From assembly GCA_903813345.2 (NCBI GenBank), contig CAIIXF020000001.1:49910001-49974000 (forward strand): 64,000 bases of DNA. Reading direction: 5' to 3'. A program made the translations under genes and the position numbers. The notes under the pieces are model-generated. The model saw nothing but the letters and a program-made list of their open reading frames with translations. It did not search any database and had not been told where the DNA came from. Shown in pieces: positions 39,401 to 51,400 of the stretch; position 1 is the first letter of the stretch, and each line of letters opens with the position of its first letter. The stretch is from Owenia fusiformis. Taxonomy: Eukaryota.

Positions 39401-42400
39401 ACCTTCAGTGACCTCCGAAAGGTCAAGAAAGTTGATTTTTCAAATCGATTTTCTGGATTCAAATTTAGGTATATTTATTCACAAAAGTCCTTCTGAGGTC
39501 TAAAAAAGTAAAACTTGCAAGGTCAAAGGTCAAGGTCATCAAACGAAATCACAAACTGTGTTTTCTAAGTTTCTCAAAATTGGAGACTACAAATCAATTT
39601 TTTTTAATGAAAGTCAGAACATATATTCCTCTAAAGGTTCTACACATATTAGCAATTGACTATTTATTAAAATTTTGCTCCAGTTTTGAGATATTAGAAC
39701 TCAAAAACTGAAAAAAGGTCAAATTGCGAAATTTTTCAAGGTCAAATTTCAACTTGCTCTAAATTGACCAAACTTTTTTTTAAAAAGCATCTACAAGATC
39801 TCAGGAACTCAAATCTGACCTTAGTTTTGACCTATGACCTTTAGTTGACCTTAAGTGACCTTCGAAAGGTCAAAAAAATTGATTTTTTTAAATTGATTTT
39901 CTGGATTCAAATTTAGGTTTATTCAATCAGAAAAGATATACTGAGGTCTAAAAAAGAAAATTTTCAAGGTCAAAGGTCAAGGTCATCAAACAAGATCACA
40001 AAGTGTGTTTTCTAAGTTTCTCAAAGTTTGTGACTACAAATCAATATTTTTTCATGAAAGTCAGGATATATATTCCTCTATAGGTTCTACACATATTAGC
40101 AATTGACTATTTATTAAAATTGTGTACCAGTTTTGAGATATTGGAACTCAAAAACTGAAAAAAGGTCAAATTTCGAAACTTTTCAAGACTAAATTTCAAC
40201 TTGGTTCAAATTGACCAATCATTTTTTTAAAACTCATCTACAAGTTCTCAGGATTCCAAATCTAACCTTACTTTTGACCTTTGACCTTTGGTTGACCTTC
40301 AGTGACCTCCGAAAGGTCAAAAAAGTTGATTTTTCAAATCGATTTTCTGGATTCAAATTTAGGTATCTTTATTCACAAAAGACCTTCTGAGGTCTAAAAA
40401 AGAAAAAATTTGCAAGGTCAAAGGTCAAGGTCATCAAACTAAATCACAAACTGTGTTTTCTAAGTTTCTCAAAATTTGTGACTACAAATCAATATTTTTG
40501 AATTTAAGTCAGGATATATATTCCTCTAAAGGTTTTACACATATTAACAATTGATTATCTATTAAAATTCTGCACCAGTTTTGAGATATTGGACCTCAAA
40601 AACTGAAAAAGGTCTAATGTTGAAATTTTTCAAGGTCAAATTTCACATTGCTTCAAATTGACCAAACTTTTTTTTAAAAATCATCTACAAGTTGTCTGGT
40701 GTTCATAAATGACCTTGTATTAGAGATTTGACCTTTGGCTGGCCTTTGAATGTTCAGAAACGAATATAGGGCCTCCGTAAGATTGCTTGCAATCTTAGAT
40801 CGTTAGATCTCTAGTTATTTATTCTTCCTCCCTCTTTTTCTCCTACTTCCAACTACCTTTCAACTAGGTTCTACATAATCCTACTAGGGACCTGGGCTGA
40901 ACTTGGCGGGAAAGGAATTTTTATCTAGGTCAAGGTCAAAGGTCAAAATCTAGGTCAAATCTAAGTTTTTTTCAAGTTTCTCAAATCCTGACACTACACT
41001 TGAATATTTTTGGCTGAATTTTTGCACACAGATAGATATTAGTATTCTATTAGTCTTAGCCTTTTGCCGTCTAGAGAAATTTTGCCTAGATTTTGAGATA
41101 TTGAAGGTCAAAAAAAGGTCAAAAAAGGTCTTTTTTCAACTTGCTTCAAATTGACCAAATTTTTTTTTTAAACTCATCTACAAGTTCTCAGGATTCCAAA
41201 TCTGACCTTACTTTTGACCTTTGACCTTTGGTTGACCTTCAGTGACCTCCGAAAGGTCAAAAAAGTTGATTTTTCAAATCGATTTCTGGATTCAAATTTA
41301 GGTATATTTATTCACAAAAGATCTTCTGAGGTCTAAAAAGTAAAATTTGCAAGGTCAAAGGTCAAGGTCATCAAACGAAATCACAAACTGTGTTTTCTAA
41401 GTTTCTCAAAATTGGAGACTACAAATCAATTTTTTTTACTGAAAGTCAGAATATATATTCCTCTAAAGGTTCTACACATATTAGCAATTGACTATTTATT
41501 AAAATTTTGCTCCAGTTTTGAGATATTAGAACTCAAAAACTGAAAAAAGGTCAAATTTCAAAATTTTTCAAGGTCAAATTTCAACTTGCTCTAAATTGAC
41601 CAAACTTTTTTTTAAAAAGCATCTACAAGATCTCAGAAACTCAGATCTGACCTTAGTTTTGACCAATGACCTTTAGTTGACCTTCAGTGACCTTCGAAAG
41701 GTAAAAAAAGTTGATTTTTCAAATTGATTTTCTGGATTCAAATTTAGGTTTCTTCAATCAGAAAAGATATACTGAGGTCTAAAAAGTAAAACCTGTAAGG
41801 TCAAAGGTCAAGGTCATCAAACAAGATCACAAACTGTGTTTTCTAAGTTTCTCAAAGTTTGTGACTACAAATCAATATTTTTGAATTAAAGTCAGGATAT
41901 ATATTCCTCTAAAGGTTTTACACATAATAACAATTGATTATCTATAAAATTCTGCACCAGTTTTGAGATATTGGACCTCAAAAACTGAAAAAGGTCTAAT
42001 GTTGAAATTTTTCAAGGTCAAATTTCACATTGCTTCAAATTGACCAAACTTTTTTTTAAAAATCATCTACAAGATGCCTGGAGTTCATATATGTCCTTGT
42101 ATTTAAGATTTGACCTTTGGCTGACCTTTAAATGTTCAAAAAAGCCTACGGGGCCTCCGTAAGATTGCTTGCAATCTTCTAGTTTATTACCTGTATATCC
42201 GAGGAGGTATTTGTGTCAGACATAGCTAACTATTTACTCCAAAATGTTAAAATGATCCTTAACCAACAAACGTGACTTTTTGAACACAATAAATGACTTT
42301 TTGCATGTATGACTTATAATATATGAGAGGTGCGATGTCGATGTCGTTCTAAGTAATTAATTTTCCCATTAATGTCTGTTTGTGGAAGGGATCCCCATGG

Positions 42401-45400
42401 AGTTTCCTAAGATAACACACAAAATAAATGGTGACTTGGGCATAATAAATGTTCTTTTATATTCTACTCAATATGTCATATTCATATTTATACACATGAA
42501 TGATAATATATTATCCCTTCAAGGAATATGCATGGTTATGGTAAATGATTTCATGAGTACACATACCAAATATAAGTACAGGGCGTCAAATAAGTCTGTT
42601 CTCCCCCCTTAACTTTTTTATTTTTAAAGTTTCCCATATATCATTTTAAAGCTTATGGAAAATGCTGATCACCCTTTAAAAATCAATAATGAACCCTTTC
42701 TAATAAAATTGCTACAATGTTTCTTGTAAGGTTGTAGTTGACAATTGATTACGTCAAAACAAGTAAAATTACCATGATAGTGAATGAACGGTGATACTGC
42801 AATTACGAGGGACAGAGTCGAAAAATTAATAGAAGATCAACCAGAGGACAAACTTCATAGCCATGAAGTATTGCTCAAATATATCAAGAAAGCTCTTAGA
42901 AGTCTTGAAAGTTGAACACTCCTGTTAGTGAACATTTTGGAATCATATCCTTTGAGACTTGAGGCTGTCCGAACTGCTTCGGGGAAACATACAAACTATT
43001 AAAAACGTGAAATATGGACATCACTAAAAATACTCTTAAAACTTTGGAATTTAACCAACCACCCTAGAATTTGGTGTATGATCGGCAAATTGAATTCCCT
43101 TTAAGATGATAATTACCCTATGTTATTTCTAAATTAAAGAAGTTAAGGGGGGAGAACAGACTTGTTTGACACCCTGTATACAGTACTGAACAATCATTCT
43201 GAGAATGCTTGAAAGTAAGAGTCCTTGTGTTTTCACACCCACCCTATCAATTTATTTTTGCTTTACATGAAAGGAAAGTTGAGTATTTTAAGTAGGCCTA
43301 CCTTTTTAGTGAGACATAAAAAACATAGATGGCAACATACTGTATAGTATTAACAAGACATATATACAAAATATACTACACCCTTTGACCTTTAAACCCA
43401 ATGAAATACGAAAGTCTTCTAAATAAAAGATTATTATATTTTTAAAGTTGAGTCTTACAACTTAAACATGTTACTCATCCAATAAATTGAATACGATACA
43501 AAGCATCTTTTGTGTACATAATGAATGGAAAAAACGTACATAGAAGAGAGCATTAGATGTTCAGAAATTGTTAGCAGGGCTGGGTAAATGATCTGTACTG
43601 TCAATCCTTGTTATGTCACTACCAAAAAGTGATGACATATTGTTATGGTCTCCAGTTTTTTTACGGCAGTTGGCGGTTGGTGGTTGGCAGTTGGCGTTTG
43701 GCGTCTGTAACAGATTCTTACATCTTCCAATAACTTAACAAATACTGTTTAGACTAACTTCAAAATCTACAAGTTTACAGAAGTTCAGGTCTGACTTTAT
43801 ATTTAAGATTGGACCTTCAATGACCTTTTCAAGGTCAGAAAAGGTCAAAAAGGTATCTTTTCAACTTGCATCAAATTGACTTATCTTTTTTTTCAAAATC
43901 ATCTACAAGTTATGAGAAGTTCATCAGAATGTTGCCTGTGAACGATCATACCGCTAACTGTGCTTAAAAATGGATATAAAATTTAAAATCTTACCATTTT
44001 TTCAATTACAGAAGGACGATTTAACACTTAGACTAAAATTCGAGGAACATTTTATAATATATTTAAACCAAAATTAAATAAAAAGTCAATTTCTCGTTGT
44101 TAATCAACAAAATGAAACATTGGTTTCTTTATACATGAAAAATTAATGATGTCAGACATAAATTAACATTTTACCTGCACATTATTTGTTATTTGTAATT
44201 TGTAGTTAAAATTACGTCATTCTGCGATTTTCTGTCAGTTGCCTGAGGATTTCAACAAGAAACTAGTTACAATGAAATGAAATCATCTTATGTTTTTATT
44301 TAAATTTTATTATATTTATTACGTGTGCCGTGCATTGACTTTTTATCAATATATAATATGAATATATACATGTATTACATACCTAGCGAAGCATTTGTAT
44401 GGAAGTCAATGGGAAAGTTAGCGAGCTATATCCACCGATATTGCCCGATTACCCCGATATAGCCCGCTTACCTCGTTTTGATATTAGATTTCTTTAATAA
44501 CCATGTTAATATCATGACGTCACGTCATTGATACAAAGTAACCATGGGAACAAAGGCATGTAATACATCAGTTATGTCACTATGACGTGAAATATGCCTT
44601 CGTCCTTGCCCAAATATAGAGCCTCCCAAGGTCGGCCTATATTGGGAGAACTCAGGCATATTTCACGTCATAGTGATATAACCTCTAAGTATATATTGCG
44701 ATTCCCATGCTATACAGTTTATATACTTTTATTTCTTTTTTTAAAATTTAGAATGCATGGTTACCACATGAAAGGCTGGCACCTGCCAAGGGACAATGGC
44801 AGAGTAATGACGGCTTTGATCTATATATAGATGGCTGCAGATTTCTACCAGATTCTGTCACAATATCCAGAGTAAGTGTTTTTTAAAAAGTTCTAAGTTT
44901 AATTTTTTCAGTTACACTCCCTCCGACTGAAACATGTAATAGAATATATTGATTTTTCTTTGATTATTTTATAGTTGTATCCTTTTAAAAACGGATATGC
45001 TACCCCCTTGTCCCTTAGTCAAAAACTTTTTTGATACATATTATAGATAGCTGGACGTGTGTTGAATAGAAAGTATGAGAAACTTGGCCCAGATATATTG
45101 ACAGGGGTTAACATCGACAGTGACATCTATAACCCCATTTACAACCATCGTACAGAGTTCAGACTGCCTCACATTGCAGCGACTGCAACATTGCTAGTGA
45201 AAGTAAGTGTTTTAACTCATTCGCTACGAAGGACGTGATATGATGTCATAAAGCACATACGTTGACTTCTAAGGACATGATATCACGTCCAAGCACAAGC
45301 CAAATTTATTTTTAGGAATCTTGTAACCATGACAACTTATAAAATGGGACTTAAAAACCTATTCATTCTGAAAGAGTATATCTATATGTTTTAAATGATA

Positions 45401-48400
45401 CATAACACTATATATGTATGCCCATGTATACCGGTATATTATTTCAGAGGTACCATATATGGTACCATATACAATTTTCATAATTCGTCAGTATTATAGT
45501 GCTTTTTGCACCAGTATTGAATGAGTTAAAACTGAGGTGAAAGATTAGATTTTAAAGCATTGATTTCAACTTCATAATGATAAAGTACAAGAAAAGTACA
45601 GGGTGTCAAATGGCGTTGTGCCCCCCTTCCACGGCATAAACTAGGAAAGATACACACACATACCATATACCATTGGAAAGAGCATTTAATTGTTGTTAAC
45701 AAGTGAAAAGATGAAGATGCATGATGGAAAATAAAATATATTTTCAACTTACTTTTAAAAGTGAGTAGGACCCCCTTGGGCAGCCTTAACCGCTGCCAAT
45801 CTAGCCGGATATGAAGCTAAAAGGGAATGGAAAGGGCTGTGTCTTTCTCAAGAAATTTTAATACTTCATAACGAAACTAGCACCCTCATTCTCTATATGC
45901 AATACACCTTATTCTGTCTCTATATTGCTGATTATCATCATCAAAAAGTTGTTTTGTCATCTTTATTTCAACTGTGAACTAGCTTTAGTCTAAATAAATA
46001 AAATAAGGCACTACACTTTACTGTCAGCCACTTCTCAAAAATCAATGAAATAGAGCACTGCACTAGAACATTTCAAATGCATGTGACACTATGTAGCAAT
46101 ATCTGACCTAGGTCATCTAGGGTTTATTTTATCCAGAATTGAATGCTCTTTCCAATGACATACATAATGTGTAGGTACCTTTCTAAGTTTATGCTGTGGA
46201 AGGGGGGCACAACGCCATTTGACACCCTGTACTTTGAATAAAAACATGCTACGTACAACGAATGACATCAAACTAACCTGGCAAATAAATCATGGTTTCT
46301 TTGATGGGCAAAATATGGTTTATTGTTTATTGAAAAGACCTATTGAATTAGCCTAACATCTTTTTTTGTTATTGATAATTCTGAATACCATTTCCATTTT
46401 TATCAAGGTTTACACTATAGATAGGGTATTTAAGAGACTGGTGGTGTGTGGCCATGGTACCCTCAACATATTTGTGGGTGTTGGAACGGACAGACAGCCA
46501 ACTATGGACCATGCAAGTAATGTGAGTGATTTATTCATTTTTATGTGACCACCAGATATTGTTATAGTCTCCAACCTTCTTTATGGATCGTGTTTGGTAG
46601 TTGTTGTTTGGTGGTTTGTGTTCAGCAGTTGGGTTCAGCATTCGGCAGTTGGTGTTCGGAGTTTTGCATCTGTAACAAATGACAGGTGGTGACATTTTCC
46701 ATTCCAATACCTTGTTTATTATACAACTTGTATATTAGTGTCATGATGGATCAGCCTTTATTTTTGACTGGGGTTTCGAAAATGGCAGTCTGCATCTGTG
46801 ACAAATTGTTACACTTTTGTAACAATGGCAAGTGGTGACATTTCATGTTTATGGCTTGTCTTAATTTACAACAAAACATTTCCACTCATTATTGGTGATT
46901 TAGATTTGTATATACTGACTATTTGTATTTCTATTGTCCTTCCTTTTATCAGTTGAAATTTATTTTGGAATGCATGTCATATAATATAGAATATCAAATG
47001 GACCAAGTAAACCACATGATTACGTTTTGTTCTCCCAGAGTAATTGATAACCATTTGCAGATTACACTGAACGAAGGGTGCCACCAGTTGAGGCTCTATC
47101 GTGAGGGGCCCAATGGGATAGATGCAATGACTGAGTCTTGCGTACGCGCCACCTCAAAGAGGGTGCCATGTGCAACAGTACTAGTGAGACTTTACAAGGC
47201 AGCCAGGGGGCCTCAGGGCACGGTGCTAGAGGTGAGACGAGGATGAGAAACTGCATGGTCAAGCAAAAAAACTTGCATCATTTAATTAAACAAAGTGTTT
47301 TTATGCATGTGTATTTTGATTTAGCCATAAAGTTCTAGTTCTAGTTATACATTTAAAGGAATATTCCTTGCTAAACCATCTCTCTCCTCATATGGTAGCT
47401 ATAACCATATATATGCTTGCCACATTTAGCAAAACACGCAAAAATGTTTTGATATGGTCAAATTTGATCACTTAGAAATGTGATGCTCAATTCCAGTAAG
47501 CTGCCATCTTTTAAAATTTCACACAGGAAGTGATGTCATCGACTCTCAACTTTGCATATAGCATTAGGTGAGGAGCTATTAAGAATTACAAAACCAGCTA
47601 AATATTCTTTTTCAACTTTGTATATCTTATTTAATCCTTCTGAAAATCTCTTCTTTTATTCTAAGTTGACAAGCCCTGAAAATAATTTTGCACAGAAAGT
47701 AATGATCACTTGTCTAGAAGTGATTTTGTGCTACTTTCCTATACTGTTATGGGCAAGATTATAGAAGTTGAGAGTTGATGACATCACTTCCTGCAAGAAA
47801 TCTTAAAAGATGGCAGCTCACTGGAAATAAGCACTAGATTTTTAAATGATCAATATTGACCATATTAAAACATTTTCCCATGTTTTGCTAAATACGGAAA
47901 CTATATATATGATTATAGCTACAATATCAAGAGAGAAAGGGTCTGGCAAGGAATGTTCCTTTAACAATGTTGTACCATTAGATACATATTAGCTCTTTTA
48001 TAATTTAGATAGCATTGATAGTCCAACCTTGTAGATATGTGGTTTAATTTTATTCTTGTAATTTGACCAATTGTCCATATTTTCTGAAAAAAAAGGATGT
48101 ATCAGCATAGTTTTGAAAAAATATTTCATTTGATTTTAGGCAAATAAGGTGCCGATGAAAGACTGGGGGAAGTTTGGTTTAAAGCGTCCAATGCCGTCTT
48201 ATGAAGACAGGAAATACTTCTCCATGAGGTGTAAACCAACCTCAGGGGAAATCAAGCTCTTCAATATGATGTGTAAACGTAAACCTATCCTAACTAGAGA
48301 AGCTGCCAAAAGGATTGCGAGTGAAGATGAGGGCAAATTGTTCATTAGTGATAAGGTCATTCAGGAATTCATCCGGGTATGTCTTAGAAATACTTCATGT

Positions 48401-51400
48401 ATTTAGTTTATTAATGATATATCATTGTATTTATAATTTCTGTTTTAAGTCATCCATTGTAGTCTTATGTTGCTTGTATATTATTTAGAAACAATTAACA
48501 AAGGGGATTGATGAGGTTCCTATGGAAATTGACATCACCTATATAGCTCAGTACTCGCCACGTCATGGAATAAAGGTATGCATACAGTACACATAAAGTG
48601 CATATAACCCAGTTACACTCACTATGCCTCATGGAATCAAGGTAAAATTTCAGTATGCTAATATTCATATAGTCTTGCTTTAAACCCCGGTGACCCCCAC
48701 ACCTCTGTCTTTTTCATGGTCTTGGCCAATGTTGAAACACCAACAAACTCTTTCACATATTGATTCAACAAAGTTACATGAATTGTGCTCCTAAATATTT
48801 CCCCAATCATTCCAAAGTAAAGTAAATAATTAATAAAATTTAAATCTACTTTATCAACGATGGAATTTCCCAAGTGCAGGACATGTACCTCATCTAGAAA
48901 TATATGCTCATTTCCATTATGAATAAATAAAAAACAAAAAATGCTAACAAGTTGTAGATATTTCAAGTACATGCACAGTAATTTTTTTTATATTATTAAT
49001 TCTAATATCAAGTTAAAGGAATTTTAAATTATAAACCAATAATCCTCTTTACTTCAGTTTTCCTTGGACAGTGCCATGAACCTACCCTGGGGCAACTTCA
49101 CCCATGGTCACTATTGTCTCAACCCCCCTGGGGCATTTTACATGGTGAGTACAGGTTCTCAATACATTTATACTCTATGTATTCATATATATATAAACCT
49201 TAAAGGAACATTCCTTGCCAGACTATTTCTCTCCTGATATGGTAGCTACAATCATATGTATACTTTACATATTCAGCAAAACATGGGAAAATGTTTTCAT
49301 ATGGTCAATATTGATCATTTAAAAATGTAGTACTCATTCCCAGTAAGCTGCCATCTTTTCAGATTTCTTTCAGGAAGTGATGTCATCGACTCTCACCTGT
49401 TATAACCTTGTCTATTACAGTATAGGAAAGAAGTATAAAATCACTTCTAAACAAGAAGCCCTTATCTTCTATGTAAAAATATTTTCAGGAGTTGTAAACT
49501 TAGAACTAAAGAAGAGATCATCAAAAGGATTTTAATCATAGACCAAATTGAAAAAAATATTCAGCTGGTTTAGTAATTCTAATAGCTCCTTACCTAATGT
49601 TATATGCAAAGTTGAGAGTCGATGACATCACTTCCTGAGTGAAATTTTAAAAGATGGCAGCCTACTGGAATTGAGCACTACATTTTTAAGTGATCAATTG
49701 ACCATTTCAAAACATTTTTCTGTTTTTTGATAAACTTTCAAAGTATGTATATGGTTACAGCTACCATATTAGGAGAGAGATGGTCTTGCAAGGAATACCC
49801 CTTTAAAGGCAGAATCAGATACTCTAGGGGGTGACAAAATTGCAAGCAACATGTACAATTTGCCTATCAATCTATTCCTTATGATTTCAAATTCAGGGTG
49901 GGCCAAAGAAACCAACACCCAAGTATTGCTCGTTAGATCTGATTCTCTCTTTAACACCAGCAATATTGTAAGTGCCACATATATTGTTGAAACTGAAGCA
50001 TTCATTGCCTCCTTTGCAGCCTTTCTACCTTCTCTGAGGTTCTCTCCAGGTTACTTTACAAGTCAGTGCGAAAGACTGAATTACCAACAGTTATGTTTGT
50101 ATACAATTCAGTGTTATCCTTCATATGCTTACATGTACACATTTACACACATGTACATGTACACTTGTAAATGTACACATGTACATATATATGTAATAAT
50201 TTATGTTTCAGGGTATGCCTCATTCAAGTTATGACAAGCTGTTCTTCACAAAAAAGTTAGACTTGGATAGTTCCAACACATCACCCTCCTGGCAAGATGG
50301 GATGACGGTAAGCCAAGTCACACTTTAAGAAACTGTTCATACCCAAGTACTGTATGTATGTACTTAAAAAAGTTTCTGATTGTCTTATGAATTTCACATA
50401 TGATTTGAACCTTATCATCTTTACAGACACTTGATGTTTGACTCTTTGTTTTATTTGATTATACGATCAAATAGATATATTTTGAAACAATCATACTTTA
50501 TAATTAAAATCACTGACTTTTTATGGCACCTTTGGAGGCTATAAGTTTCCTGGGCAGGCAGGCAGTGTATGGTCACCCCAATATCTTGTCTATTATTTAA
50601 AAATAGAGATTGCTGATATTGTTACTATAAGTAAAAATATAATTTGGAAATACATATATATATTTGGCTGAGTTATCTATATAGCCTACCCCTATAGCTC
50701 AGCAGTAGTACCTCTTATGCAATGGGTTCCGGATTTGATCCCCAGTTCAGGCAATACTTAATACGTTTGCGTTAAGTACTTCAGGGTGTTTGACTGAGTG
50801 GTCCACTCAACTCATAAAAAAGGCTGTGGTGTGTACTTGTATGACTATGTATGGGTGCACATAAAAGAACACTTCTCCAAGGGGGTTCCTGGGTCTACCT
50901 TCCATGATTTCATGCGTTAATTACGACCATATATATAAGGGATATACCAAAGAGGTATTGCTCACCTTCATTGTTGGTGAAGATACAATACAATACAATA
51001 TAAAGGCCAATAGCTTGATTGTGTCTGTGATTGATTTGCAGCATTTTCATAGGAGGTCCTACCACAGGTTCCTAACAGTCATCATTCACCTTCAGGAGAT
51101 CTCCATAGCTGCAACCAGGGACAACTACAAATATGCCCTAGTGGAACAGGTAACTATGATACAGATATATGTAAACATGTCATAATGGAACATACAGCTG
51201 TAAATATGCCCTAGTGGAACAGGTAACTATGAAATAGCTCTTTTTGAACGAATAATTATGCCCTAGTGAAACAGATATATGTAAACATGCCATAATGGAA
51301 CATGCAACTGTAAATATGCCCTCGTGGAACAGGTAACTCAAAATTTGCCCTTGTGAAACAGGTAACTGTAAACATGCCCTCGTGGAATATATTAATATGC

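Noticed and set aside
50685..50760. Possible tRNA gene
   Set aside because: A/B-box-like motifs are degenerate and no cloverleaf can be folded; better explained as a SINE head.
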